The notes: a model not told the origin generated them from the sequence alone. Positions 18,535-28,208 are shown, counted from the stretch's first letter. The stretch is DNA of 40,000 nt from an uncultured Conexibacteraceae bacterium (GCA_963761675.1 CAVXIA010000001.1:169387-209386); one strand, 5' to 3'. Made by a program: numbers and translations.

Positions 18535-19449
18535 ATGAACATCGCCGCCGCGGCCGTGCAGCTCCTCGGGCTCGTCCTGGCGCCGGTGCTCGCCGGCCTG
18601 ATTCAGACGTTGAAGGCGCGGCTCCAGGGTCGCCGCGGTCCATCACCGCTGCAGCCCTACCTGACGCTGCGGCGCTTGTGGTCGAAGAGCGCCGTCGATC
18701 CGGAGGGGACCGGCGTCGTGTACCGGCTGGCGCCGCCGCTGATCGTTGCCTGCCTGATCATTGCTGTGCTGCTCGTCCCGGTCGCCGGCCGGGCTGGGAG
18801 CTTCGGACTCGGTCACGACGCGCTCGTGCTCGTAGGCATCCTGGCCCTGGCGCGCTTCACTGCGGCGGCTGCCGCCTGGGACACCGGCAACGGCTTCGCG
18901 CTGATGGGCGCAGCCAGGGATCTGATGATCGCGGTGTTCGGCGAGGCGCTGCTTCTACTGGCGCTGCTGGTGGCGGCGCTGCCGGCGCACAGTACCGACC
19001 TGCGCGCGATGAGCGCCGTTGCTGCGGGCGTCCAGATCTGGAGCGCGCCGGCGCATTGGTGCGGCGCGTTCGCGTTCGCGCTCGTGATCCTGGTTGAGAC
19101 AGGCCGCCAGCCGATCGACAACCCGGACACCCACCTGGAGCTGACGATGATCCACGAGGGTCCGCTGCTGGAGTACGCCGGTCGCGACCTCGCTCTGTTG
19201 CAGTGGGCGGCCGCGGCCCGGCATTGGGTGGTGCTCGTCCTCGCCGCCGGCCTGTTCCTGCCACGCCCAGGGGGGTTCGCAGCGAGCCTTGGCGTCGAAG
19301 CGGTAGAGGTCATCGCGCTTTGCGCGGCGCTGGCGTTGGTGGAGACCTCCGAGGCGAAGATGCGGATCCTGCGGGTGCCGCTTCTGCTCGGCCTCGGCAG
19401 CGCGATCGCACTCGCCGGGGCCGGCCTTTCGATTGCAGGGGTCACATGA
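18535..19449 (+). CDS. NuoH/HycD-like membrane subunit
   Basis: 304 aa. It has LKARLQGRRGPSPLQPY, the E...GRQPIDNPD...ELTMIHEG region and EYAGRDLAL. Its ATG directly follows the upstream stop. Confidence 0.85.
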   Translation: MNIAAAAVQLLGLVLAPVLAGLIQTLKARLQGRRGPSPLQPYLTLRRLWSKSAVDPEGTGVVYRLAPPLIVACLIIAVLLVPVAGRAGSFGLGHDALVLVGILALARFTAAAAAWDTGNGFALMGAARDLMIAVFGEALLLLALLVAALPAHSTDLRAMSAVAAGVQIWSAPAHWCGAFAFALVILVETGRQPIDNPDTHLELTMIHEGPLLEYAGRDLALLQWAAAARHWVVLVLAAGLFLPRPGGFAASLGVEAVEVIALCAALALVETSEAKMRILRVPLLLGLGSAIALAGAGLSIAGVT

Positions 19450-20063
19450 GCACAGGACTGGTCGATCTGATCGTCGTACTCGCCCTCGGGGTGATCGTCG
19501 TCAGACGCCGGTCGGTCGCGATCTGCCTCCTGGCGGTGCAGTCGCTCGCGCTCGGCATCGGCGCCCTGTCGCTCGCCGACGGCCACTCCGATGGCGAGCT
19601 TGTCGCCGCAATCGTGCTGCTCAGCAAGGCGGCTGTGCTGCCAGTGCTCCTGTACGCCCTGATGCGCCGCACCCGCGAGCCTCGGCTCATCGTCGCCGCG
19701 AACGGGCCACTGATCCGTCTCGCCGCTGCGGGCGCCCTCGTGTTGGGCGCGGTGTGGCTGACCCCTCGCCTCGGGCTCGGCGACGTGCACACCGAGCGTG
19801 CTGCGGTGGCGCTCGTGCTGATTGGGATCGCGGTCGTCGTCGCGCGCCGCCCGGTCCTGTTTCAACTGCTCGGGCTGATCATTGCCGAGAGCGGGGTGTC
19901 GCTGCTGGCGATCTCGGTGCACGGCGGCGTGTCGTACGTCGTCGAGCTCGGTGCCCTGTTCGACCTCGCGGTCGTCGTTGCGGTCGCGGCCGCGTTCGCG
20001 GCACGGATCCATGACGAACTCGGGACGGGCGATACCGAACTGCTACGGAGCCTGCGTGACTGA
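19446..20063 (+). CDS. HyfE/HycP-like small membrane subunit (NuoK-related)
   Basis: ATG 19446 overlaps the upstream TGA (ATGA). It is about 205 aa and very hydrophobic. The function is assigned from position and size, which match HyfE/HycP in Hyf/Hyc-type operons. Confidence 0.7.
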   Translation: MSTGLVDLIVVLALGVIVVRRRSVAICLLAVQSLALGIGALSLADGHSDGELVAAIVLLSKAAVLPVLLYALMRRTREPRLIVAANGPLIRLAAAGALVLGAVWLTPRLGLGDVHTERAAVALVLIGIAVVVARRPVLFQLLGLIIAESGVSLLAISVHGGVSYVVELGALFDLAVVVAVAAAFAARIHDELGTGDTELLRSLRD

Positions 20064-21546
20064 CATCACCCCGATCCTCGTGGCGGTCGTGCCCACGGTT
20101 CCGCTACTCGGTGCGGTGCTGACGCTGCTGGCCAGGTCCGCGCGCCAGGCGGATCGCCTCGCTGTGGCTGCGGCGCTTCCGACCGCTGTCTCGGCGCTGA
20201 TCCTCGGCGGGATCGTATTCGCACGCGGCGGACGGCCGGCATTGCACGGCCACTGGTACCTCGTAGACGGCGCCAGCGCGGTGCTGCTCGCGGTGATTGC
20301 CGTGATCGGCCTGTGCAGCACGCTCGTATCACCGGGCTACCTGCGTACCAGCGGCCGCAGCCTGACGACAGCCACGCGCTCCCACAACCTTTACTACGGG
20401 GCGCTGTTCGTGTTCTGGGCGGCGTTGCTCGCAATCCCGATCTGCAGCAACCTGGCGATGACGTGGTTGATCGTCGAGGCTACGACCGCCGCCTCGGCGC
20501 TGCTGGTTGCCTTCACCGGCCGCCGTGATGCGCTGGAGGCGGGCTGGAAGTACCTCGTGCTCACAACCCTTGGGCTGTCGGTCGCCCTGCTAGGCATCCT
20601 TGTGCTGGCGATCAGCCTGGCGAACGTCGGCCACCACGGTCTCAGCGCGCTCGACTGGTATGCGCTGCGCATCGACGCCCACACTTTGCCGAAGGACTCG
20701 ACCCTGGTCGCGTTCGTCCTGCTCCTCGGCGGCCTGGCGACGAAAATCGGCTGGGCGCCGGTACACAACTGGCTACCGGATGCGCACAGCGAGGCGCCGG
20801 CGCCGATCAGCGCGCTGCTGAGCGCGGCGTTGCTACCGAGCGTGTTGCTGGTCGCCTGGCGGGTCAAGCAGATCCTCGCACCCTCAGTGGGGACCGGAAC
20901 GACCCGCGCCGTATTCCTGGGATTCGGCCTGACCTCACTACTCGTCGCGGTCCCGTTCCTTTGGCGCTCGATGCCGTGGAAGCGGCTACTCGCGTACTCA
21001 AGCCTTGAGCACATGGGTGTGATCGCGCTCGGGATTGGGTTCGGGACGCCGCTGGCGATCGCCGGCGTTGTGCTGCATGTCGCCGGTCACGCGCTCGCCA
21101 AGGCGCTCGGGTTTTACGCCGCGCTGCCGTTGCTGCGCGTCGATCCGGGCGCCGCGAAACGGGCGCCGTCCGGCGTAGCCGGCGCCAGCCCCTCCACCGC
21201 CACCGCGATGGGTGTGAGCCTCGCCGCGCTTGCCGGTATGCCGCCCTCGCCCCTGTTCCTGTCCGAGCTGTTGATCGTGCTTGGAGGCGTCGCCGCCGGG
21301 CAGCTGGTGGTCAGCGCCATCGCGGTGGTCGCGCTCGCGCTCGGCTTCCTCGGGCTGCTTCACGCGCTCCTCGAGGGGGTCATTGGCGAGCGGCCTGATC
21401 GCGCTCGGCAACGTGCCGAGCGCGATCAGGCGGTGACCATCACGCTGACCGCAGTCTTCGGTGTCGGCCTGCTGGCGCTTTTTGCCGCAGGAACGCTGCT
21501 GGTGGGCTCAGGCTTTGTCGCAACCCTCGCTCGGGGAACTCTATGA
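20056..21546 (+). CDS. NuoN/M-like antiporter subunit (HyfF/HycQ-like)
   Basis: GTG 20056 overlaps the upstream gene by 8 nt. Motifs include WLIVEATTAASALLV, ATKIGWAPVHNWLPDAHSEAPAPISALLS and LLAYSSLEHMG. Confidence 0.8.
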   Translation: MTDITPILVAVVPTVPLLGAVLTLLARSARQADRLAVAAALPTAVSALILGGIVFARGGRPALHGHWYLVDGASAVLLAVIAVIGLCSTLVSPGYLRTSGRSLTTATRSHNLYYGALFVFWAALLAIPICSNLAMTWLIVEATTAASALLVAFTGRRDALEAGWKYLVLTTLGLSVALLGILVLAISLANVGHHGLSALDWYALRIDAHTLPKDSTLVAFVLLLGGLATKIGWAPVHNWLPDAHSEAPAPISALLSAALLPSVLLVAWRVKQILAPSVGTGTTRAVFLGFGLTSLLVAVPFLWRSMPWKRLLAYSSLEHMGVIALGIGFGTPLAIAGVVLHVAGHALAKALGFYAALPLLRVDPGAAKRAPSGVAGASPSTATAMGVSLAALAGMPPSPLFLSELLIVLGGVAAGQLVVSAIAVVALALGFLGLLHALLEGVIGERPDRARQRAERDQAVTITLTAVFGVGLLALFAAGTLLVGSGFVATLARGTL

Positions 21547-22982
21547 CGACGATCGAGGAGGTCGAGCCGGCGGCGTGGCGGGCCACGATTGAGCGTGCCC
21601 TCGCCGGCGGCGGGCGGTTCGCCGGCGCCTGGGCGACCGGGCGCGGGACGGCTCTGGGCTGGCGGGCGCTGCTTGTCGGCGCGCGCGATCCGCGCGTGAT
21701 CTCCTGCGATGCGCCCGACCGGGTTATTGACACCATCGCGGACCTGACTCCAGCGGCGAACTGGGACGAGCGCGAGGCACACGACCTTCACGGCCTGCGG
21801 TTCAGCGGCCACGAGCCGATGCGAGCACTCGCAACCCATACCGACGACCCCGCTAGGTGGATGACTCCGGTCCACGGGGACGGCGTCCATCAGGTCGCGG
21901 TCGGACCAATCCACGCCGGCGTGATCGAGTCCGGGCACTTCCGCTTCCATGTCGTGGGCGAGCGGATCCTCGCTGTCGACCCGCGTCTGTTCTACAAGCA
22001 TCGTGGCCTCGAGCGCGCCGCCGAAGGTCTCTCACCCGACCAAGCGCTGCCGTATATCCAGCGTGCCTGTGCTGCGTGCGCAGTCGCCAACACCGTCGCC
22101 TACGCGCAGGCGGTCGAGGATGCGGTCGGGCTGCGCCCCGACCGCAATCTGCGCGTGAACCGAACCGTGTTGCTGGAGCTTGAGCGTGTCTATAACCACC
22201 TGCACGACATCAGCGCAATCTGCGCTGGTGTCGGCTTCGCTCCAGGAACGATGGCGTTCGCCGCGCTCAAGGACAATGCGCAGCAGACGATCGCCGCCGC
22301 GTTCGGGCATCGCTTCCTGTTCGGCACGGTCGCGATCGGGACGGGCGTGGCCGCGCCCGACGCGGCCAGCACAGACACAGTGAGGGCGTCGCTGCGGGAG
22401 CTGCGCAGCGAGTTCGCTGCGGCGTGGCGCGAACTGGAGTTCAGCGGCTCTCTCCAGGCGCGACTCGGTGGGGTCGGCGTACTCGAAGCCGATGATGCGG
22501 TTCGGTTCGGGGCCGTCGGACCCGCCGCGCGAGCATCGGGGCTCCGGGAAGACGTCCGCACCGACAACCGGCAATTGGCCTACGACGGCTTCGAGCCAGC
22601 CGGGTTGCCGGGACCGGCAGCGCCGGATGGGGACGTCAGCGCGCGGCTCCGGCTGCGCGCGGTCGAACTCGGAGCCTCGTTCGAGCTGCTCGACGAGCAT
22701 CTCGCGCAGCCGCTCGCGCGCGGAGTCGCACTCGCGGGGAGCGGCGCGGACCCCCGCCGGACAGGCGCCCGCCGGTTAGGCGCCGGACAGGTGGAGAGCC
22801 CGCGCGGGGCGACCGCCTGCGTCGTCGAGCTCACCGGCGGTGTCATCGCCCGAGTCCACCTGCGGACGGGGTCCTACGCCAACTGGCCAGCGCTCGCCCA
22901 CGCTGCCGCGGGCAACCTCCTCCCCGATTTTCCGCTGATCAACAAGAGCTTCGAACTCTGCTACGCCTGCGTGGACCGCTGA
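21543..22982 (+). CDS. Group-4 [NiFe]-hydrogenase large-subunit-like protein (fused NuoC-NuoD, HycE-like)
   Basis: 479 aa. The NuoC-like N-terminus has ANWDEREAHDLHGLRF. The NuoD-like body has VGPIHAGVIESGHFRF and FYKHRGLE. Both metal-ligand CxxC pairs are retained (RACAACAVAN and ELCYACVDR-stop). It shares an ATGA overlap with the upstream gene. Confidence 0.85.
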   Translation: MTTIEEVEPAAWRATIERALAGGGRFAGAWATGRGTALGWRALLVGARDPRVISCDAPDRVIDTIADLTPAANWDEREAHDLHGLRFSGHEPMRALATHTDDPARWMTPVHGDGVHQVAVGPIHAGVIESGHFRFHVVGERILAVDPRLFYKHRGLERAAEGLSPDQALPYIQRACAACAVANTVAYAQAVEDAVGLRPDRNLRVNRTVLLELERVYNHLHDISAICAGVGFAPGTMAFAALKDNAQQTIAAAFGHRFLFGTVAIGTGVAAPDAASTDTVRASLRELRSEFAAAWRELEFSGSLQARLGGVGVLEADDAVRFGAVGPAARASGLREDVRTDNRQLAYDGFEPAGLPGPAAPDGDVSARLRLRAVELGASFELLDEHLAQPLARGVALAGSGADPRRTGARRLGAGQVESPRGATACVVELTGGVIARVHLRTGSYANWPALAHAAAGNLLPDFPLINKSFELCYACVDR

Positions 22983-23437
22983 TGTTCGTCCTGTTACGAC
23001 AGCTCGGGCGGATCCGGCACAACGAACGACTCCCGAGCGGCGATCGCCGCTGGCTTGCGATCCGCCACGTCGATGCTGGCTCCTGCAACGGCTGCGAGCA
23101 CGAGCTCGGCGCCGCTACCAATCCCTACCACGACCTCCAGCGCCACGGCCTCGACATCGTCGCCTCACCCCGCCACGCCGACATCCTGCTAATCACCGGA
23201 CCCCTCACGACCCGGATGGTTGGGGCGCTGCTCACCGCCTACCACGCCATGCCCGAGCCACGCCTGGTCGCCGCGCTTGGCGACTGCGCCCTCGGATGCA
23301 ACGTCCTGGGCCACGGCCCAGAGCTCGCCGCCCCCCTCGAACAGCACCTGCCGATCGACATCCGCATCCCTGGATGCCCACCCACCCCGGACGCGATCGC
23401 GGAACGTCTCCTCGCCGCGCTCGTGGCGCACCGCTGA
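22982..23437 (+). CDS. NuoB-like hydrogenase small subunit ([4Fe-4S])
   Basis: 151 aa. The cluster ligands are GSCNGCE, GDCA and IPGCPP. Its ATG overlaps the upstream TGA. Confidence 0.85.
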   Translation: MFVLLRQLGRIRHNERLPSGDRRWLAIRHVDAGSCNGCEHELGAATNPYHDLQRHGLDIVASPRHADILLITGPLTTRMVGALLTAYHAMPEPRLVAALGDCALGCNVLGHGPELAAPLEQHLPIDIRIPGCPPTPDAIAERLLAALVAHR

Positions 23438-23491
23438 CGGAAGCGCGCCTCGGGAGGAATGTGAGCCCGCTGGCCAGGACCGGCGTCCATC

Positions 23492-24001
23492 TCAGAAGCG
23501 CCGGGTTGGTAGCGCGGTTTCGTCGCGCACCCAACTCGGATCTTCGATGCAGTACGTGTTGTGCCGCACTCGGGCGCATCCGAACGCGCCGTCACGAAAC
23601 TCAACTCGCTGCTGCTCGACACCATCGACCGCAAGACCGATGAGGTTGGGACCGATGGACATGATCGGTAGTCCCTGGATACGCCCGGCGATCTTCGCAC
23701 CGGACCCATAGCTGGCATTTTGCTCGCTGCTGCGCACCACCACGTGTATGCCAGTGTGACCCGGAATGGCCAGCATGATGCGAGTAGGGCTGAGCGCAAC
23801 CTTGCGGACCTGATCGAACACGAGCCCCTTGGCAGTAAGCGGTGGAATCCTGCCGGAAAGCACCGTCTGCCTCAGTTGCTCAACTCGCTCCGTCTCCCCC
23901 GTGTCAAGGGGCCCGTCGGGTCCGGGCCCAGGCTCACGAAACAGCGCGAAACGCTCAATCAGCCGCGGGTCAATGCGGGCCTGCTCGTGATCACCAGCCA
24001 T
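23492..24001 (-). CDS. Hypothetical protein
   Basis: 169-aa ORF with no motif I recognise. It is called only on length and GC3-consistent frame. Confidence 0.4.
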   Translation of the reverse strand: MAGDHEQARIDPRLIERFALFREPGPGPDGPLDTGETERVEQLRQTVLSGRIPPLTAKGLVFDQVRKVALSPTRIMLAIPGHTGIHVVVRSSEQNASYGSGAKIAGRIQGLPIMSIGPNLIGLAVDGVEQQRVEFRDGAFGCARVRHNTYCIEDPSWVRDETALPTRRF

Positions 24002-24124
24002 GCGCGCAAGCCTACCCCACCCTCGAGGCGACGACCGGTCTCCACGCGAATCATGCGAGCGAATGTGAGGTCTGGGCCAGGTGTGGGTGACACGCCTGCA
24101 GCGTCTTGGATCAGCAGCACCGAC

Positions 24125-24958
24125 TCAAGGGCCGTTGACGGCTCGAGCTCGTCGCGAACCCCGCAGCGGAAAGGTCGACGATCTATGGTTATCTCGCCAC
24201 GGCGCAGCGGTGATCTCGACCTGTTGAGAGGATTCATCCCCGCTGATCACATGACACGGGTTGGGGGAGCGCAGTGGCTTGCCCTCGCTCCGTGGGTCGC
24301 GTCGTGATTGCCAGGAAACCGCACCGATCGCCGCGAGCGCATACACGGCCACGGCGAGCGCTTCGCCGGCAAGGACATCGGAGAGGTAGTGGGCGCGCAG
24401 GTAGATCCGGCTCAGGCCAACGAGCACAGCGATGAGCGTGCCCCCTGCGATCGTGGCGATCCGTCCGCTCCGGCTCGGGATCATGACGGTGAGCGCGATC
24501 GCGATCGCGAGCCACCCGACGGCATTGGCGGCGTGACCTGAGGGATAGCTTTGGCCCGTGGTGTGCACGAGCGGGCCCGGTGGACGGGGACGGTCGACCA
24601 CCGATTTCAGTATCCACACGCCGATCCAGGCGAGCGCCGCTCCGACCATGAGCACGACCGCGCGGACCCGTGCTCGATGCTTGATCAGGAGCAGGGCGCC
24701 GAGGAGGACGGCTGGACCAACGATCGCTATCAGGCCCAGCCTGGTGAACACCCGAGCGGCGCTGTCGAGCCAGGGCGTACGCAGATCGCCGGCGATCTCG
24801 AAGGCCCGCGAGTCGAGCGAGAGCGAAGAGCTGCCAGTCACAGCGATCGTCAGAGCCACGAACACCGTTATGGCGGCGATTGCAACACCGACCAGCACCC
24901 ATGGAATGGAAGCGCGACGCACTGGCATAACCTCGCGCATTGTTGGCTCGGACGGCAA
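24125..24958 (-). CDS. PAP2-family membrane phosphatase
   Basis: It carries the three acid-phosphatase motifs KSVVDRPRP, PSGH and SRIYLRAHYLSD within a polytopic membrane protein. Confidence 0.8.
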   Translation of the reverse strand: MPSEPTMREVMPVRRASIPWVLVGVAIAAITVFVALTIAVTGSSSLSLDSRAFEIAGDLRTPWLDSAARVFTRLGLIAIVGPAVLLGALLLIKHRARVRAVVLMVGAALAWIGVWILKSVVDRPRPPGPLVHTTGQSYPSGHAANAVGWLAIAIALTVMIPSRSGRIATIAGGTLIAVLVGLSRIYLRAHYLSDVLAGEALAVAVYALAAIGAVSWQSRRDPRSEGKPLRSPNPCHVISGDESSQQVEITAAPWRDNHRSSTFPLRGSRRARAVNGP

Positions 24959-24993
24959 CCCCGACGGTTCGAGCCAACGGCGCGCCTGAGGGT

Positions 24994-25257
24994 CTAGGAC
25001 TCGACGAGGATCACCAGGGTCTCGGGGATCACGCCGTCGTGCTCCATCGCATCGGCCCCCGCCTGTGTCTGCATCGCGCCCATCATGGCGTCCATGTCGG
25101 GAACGTTCATCGTGAGGCCGACTCGCTTGGAGCCCTGGGGATCGACGTAGGTCTTGATATCGGTGACACCGAGCGGCCCGAAGAACTCCTCACGCCTCGG
25201 CGAGGAGACCCAGTGCTCGACGTCTTTGACCTCGTGAAATCCAAGTATTCGCGGCAT
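24994..25257 (-). CDS. Small hypothetical protein (87 aa)
   Basis: The ATG is preceded by AAAGGGAG about 11 nt upstream. A 7-bp stem hairpin (25301-25318) lies further upstream. No family was recognised. Confidence 0.55.
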   Translation of the reverse strand: MPRILGFHEVKDVEHWVSSPRREEFFGPLGVTDIKTYVDPQGSKRVGLTMNVPDMDAMMGAMQTQAGADAMEHDGVIPETLVILVES

Positions 25258-25396
25258 GCTGAGCAGCTCCCTTTTTGTGATGGTCGCGTCGAGCGTAACC
25301 CGTCCGCATCGGCGGACGCGAAAACACAGCAGCGGCGGTGGTTCGCCGAGTCACGCGATTGTCCCCGCAGGAGCAAGTCGTCTTCCACCGAGGATT

Positions 25397-26236
25397 TCAG
25401 GCGTTGGGCTCGATGACGTCGGCTGCTGTTGCCGGACGTTCTGTTGACCCGGTGTTGACCTGACCGGGGTTCGAAGCAATGAGATCGTGCAAGAATGCAG
25501 CGTCGCCAATGCCCTCATCCAGTAGATGAACGTATGTCTCGAGGGTGTAGCTGGGCGTGGAGTGCCCGAGCCATTCCTGAACTTGCTTGACGTTACGGCC
25601 AGCGGCAAACAACAGACTCGCGCATGTGTGCCTGAATGTGTGAAAGCTGACCCACGGAAGACCGAGGTCTTCCACCGCTGGCTTGAGCACGCGAGACGCC
25701 AGGTTCGCACGGCTAATCTCGGTCCCGGTTCTAGTGCAAAACACAGGTCCAGAGCCGAGGCCGGAGGTCCGCGGTCCTCGCAGCTGGATGGCCATCCCCG
25801 GCGCGAGCGGGATGTCACGTCGTGAGTGCCGGGACTTCAAGATCTGCCGGCGGCCTTCGTACATCTGCTCGCGCACGCGGACTCGCGGCTTGGGGCCAAG
25901 TTCAACATGCTCCCAGCGCAGACCGATCGCCTCAGAGATCCGCAGCCCGGTATGAGCGAGGAACTCGAAGAACAAGCGCGACTCGTCCGGGACGGCGGCC
26001 AGTACCAGCGCGAGCTCGGCGCGAGTCAGCGCTTTCGCCTCATGCTCGTCTGCTGCCATTGACCTCATGACCGGCAACCGGAGCCCTTGGATTGGGTTCG
26101 CGCGTAGTGCCCCGTCGTCGACCGCAGTCGCGAACATCGGGCGCCAGTCGTGGTTCGCTGGCAGCGCGTTCGAGGTCGCGTGCGGCCCGGTCCTCGAGAA
26201 TGCGGGCTTGTAGGTCGCTGACCGGAATTGCGACAT
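25397..26236 (-). CDS. Tyrosine recombinase (phage-integrase family), N-terminally short or possibly truncated
   Basis: The catalytic domain is intact: HTGLRISE (Arg), FHTFRHTCAS (HxxR) and LGHSTPSYTLETYVH (His/Tyr). Only about 80 aa precede it, versus about 190 aa in the integrase at 38820..39986. The annotated start is 14 bp from the IS end. Confidence 0.8.
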   Translation of the reverse strand: MSQFRSATYKPAFSRTGPHATSNALPANHDWRPMFATAVDDGALRANPIQGLRLPVMRSMAADEHEAKALTRAELALVLAAVPDESRLFFEFLAHTGLRISEAIGLRWEHVELGPKPRVRVREQMYEGRRQILKSRHSRRDIPLAPGMAIQLRGPRTSGLGSGPVFCTRTGTEISRANLASRVLKPAVEDLGLPWVSFHTFRHTCASLLFAAGRNVKQVQEWLGHSTPSYTLETYVHLLDEGIGDAAFLHDLIASNPGQVNTGSTERPATAADVIEPNA

Positions 26237-26249
26237 CGCGTCGCTCGAC

Positions 26250-28208
26250 TAGCCCGAAGTTCCCCTTGGTGAGGCGGGAAGATCTGGCTTGTTCATTGGG
26301 GTTACGCGGGTTTCGGGGTGCGCGGGTCGTGTCTACTTGATCACGACTGGTGCTTCGGTGGCCAGTTTCAGCGCGTGTGCTTGGAGCGCGGTGGGCTGTG
26401 TCAGCTTCTCGAACGTGTCGGCATGGCCGGCCAGTCGGGTCCGGTTCCGGGTCTGGGTAGCGAGCTCGCTCAGCAGCGTGCGGTAGCTGTGGGCGGGGCC
26501 GCCGTTGGTGGTGCGTTTGGTCCGGGCTTTCTGCTCGGCTGCGGGTGAGCGGACGGCTTTGGCGACCGGATCATCGGCCTCGGGCCGGTGCTCGTCGCTG
26601 AACAGCAGGGGTTTCCATGCGGCTTTCAAATGCCAGGTGAGGTAGTAGGCCAGCATGCAGATCAGCACGTGGCATCGGACGCGGTCCTCGAGGTGGTGGT
26701 GGATCGGGCGGATCTGCAGGTCGGGGCCTTTGAGCGAGCCGAACGCTCTTTCTGCTTGTTCGAGGTTCTTGTAGGCGCGGACAACATCACCGGCCGGAAC
26801 GTCAGCTGCGGTGTGGTTGGTGCGCAGGATGTAGAACCCGTCCAGCGCCGCCTCCTCGCTGATCTCCTGCTCTTTGCGCTGGTAGGTGAAGTCCATGTCG
26901 GTGATCTGGATGTCGAAATGCTTTCTGACATGGAAGCGCTTGAGCGCGGGGCCGACCGCCATCCCGATCTGCGCGGCGCCGAGCAGAGTGCCTTTATCCA
27001 CCCGCGATTTGATCAGCTCCAGGTCGGCCTCGGTTGCGTCCAGCAGCTCGGAGCGTTTGCGGGCGCGTTGAGCGCCAACCAGCGGGTTCTTGCAGACGAT
27101 CAGGCGCTCACCGGGGAACTCGTCGATGTCGGTGAGCTCACCAAGGTTCTGCTGATCAAACAGCGATGGTTGGAAGATCCCTTCACGGACGAGCTTCTTG
27201 ATCGTCGGCGCCTTGAGCGCGGTGATCCAGGAGACCCCCTCGGTGCCCTGAAGCGTTTCGATGTTCGCGCGGGTGACCATCCCGCGGTCGGCGACGACCG
27301 TGACGGTCTGAAGGCCGAAGCGGTCCTTGATCTTGGTCACCTGCGCCGGCAGGGTCTTGTCGTCGTGGAGCTCGCCGGAGAACACCTCGATGCTGACGGG
27401 CCGGCCCTCCCGATCGCAGAGCAGCCCGTAGATGATCTGCGGCAGGTTCTTCTGACCGTCACGCGAGTAGCCCAACTTCCCAAGCGGGCAGGACCGGCCC
27501 TCGAAATACGAGGACGAGACGTCGTAGAGCACCATCTCCCCATCCCGCAGGTGACGCTTGGCGAGCCGGTCCTCGACACGGGCCTGACGGTCGATCAGCC
27601 AGTCCATCGCCCCATAGAGATCGTCCTCGTCGACCCCCTCGACACCCAGCTCCGAGGCCAGCGTCGACTGCCCCAGAGTGCGGACAGTGGACAGCTTCGA
27701 GCCCGGTGAGATCACCCGGGAGAGGATCATCGCCATGCACAGATCCCGCGGACGGGAAGGCCGGGAGTCCAGCAGCCTGGCCAGTTCCAGTCGCCGGGCC
27801 ATGACCAAAGCGGCATTCACGTGTCCCGCCGGCAGCGCCCGCTCGATCTCAAAGACCTCATCAACCGCTGTCAGTGTCTCTCCGGCCAGCACCCTGCGGA
27901 TCGCGTCGATCGCCTCCGCCGGGAGATAGGACAGGTTCGCCAGCGTCTCCTTCTTGACCTTCCCGTCCTCACGGTAGGAGCGCCGCAACAACGTCGCGGT
28001 GTACTCACGATCCCCAGACCGACGCTTTGTCGTGCTCACATGCATCGCACCCGATGCTCTCGCTGGACGGCCCATAGCTCCAGCAGATCATAACACAACC
28101 CACGATAGTCGTGGGTACATCATGCGGCAAACAAAAAGCCGGAATCCCCAGCAACCACCAGGGATCCCGACTCAATACACGCCGATTGCAAGGGGGAACT
28201 TCGGACTA
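26250..28208 (-). mobile_element. IS1634-family (IS4-related) insertion sequence, ~1.96 kb
   Basis: The terminal inverted repeats are TAGCCCGAAGTTCCCC-TTG (26250-26268) and the reverse complement of 28189-28208, TAGTCCGAAGTTCCCCCTTG. A single transposase ORF lies inside. No clear target-site duplication was seen. Confidence 0.8.
26333..28045 (-). CDS. IS1634-family DDE transposase
   Basis: The N-terminus MHVSTTKRRSGDREYTATLLRRSYREDGKVKKETLANLS is the hallmark opening of IS1634-type transposases. The protein is about 570 aa. The alternative start is at 28075. Confidence 0.9.
   Translation of the reverse strand: MHVSTTKRRSGDREYTATLLRRSYREDGKVKKETLANLSYLPAEAIDAIRRVLAGETLTAVDEVFEIERALPAGHVNAALVMARRLELARLLDSRPSRPRDLCMAMILSRVISPGSKLSTVRTLGQSTLASELGVEGVDEDDLYGAMDWLIDRQARVEDRLAKRHLRDGEMVLYDVSSSYFEGRSCPLGKLGYSRDGQKNLPQIIYGLLCDREGRPVSIEVFSGELHDDKTLPAQVTKIKDRFGLQTVTVVADRGMVTRANIETLQGTEGVSWITALKAPTIKKLVREGIFQPSLFDQQNLGELTDIDEFPGERLIVCKNPLVGAQRARKRSELLDATEADLELIKSRVDKGTLLGAAQIGMAVGPALKRFHVRKHFDIQITDMDFTYQRKEQEISEEAALDGFYILRTNHTAADVPAGDVVRAYKNLEQAERAFGSLKGPDLQIRPIHHHLEDRVRCHVLICMLAYYLTWHLKAAWKPLLFSDEHRPEADDPVAKAVRSPAAEQKARTKRTTNGGPAHSYRTLLSELATQTRNRTRLAGHADTFEKLTQPTALQAHALKLATEAPVVIK

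Noticed and set aside
16579-23437. Annotating the module as formate hydrogenlyase (hyc/hyf).
   Set aside because: No formate dehydrogenase, HycB/HycF-type ferredoxins, maturation protease or hyp genes are present. Only the membrane arm and the NuoBCD-like core are seen, so the generic group-4/complex-I-like call was kept.
6961-25480. T-loop-like GGTTCGA strings (about 6966, 24967, 25467) as possible tRNA genes or integrase att targets.
   Set aside because: No flanking T-stem, acceptor or anticodon stems could be folded. No tRNA is supported in the window. The likely att/tRNA for the 38820..39986 integrase would lie beyond 40000.
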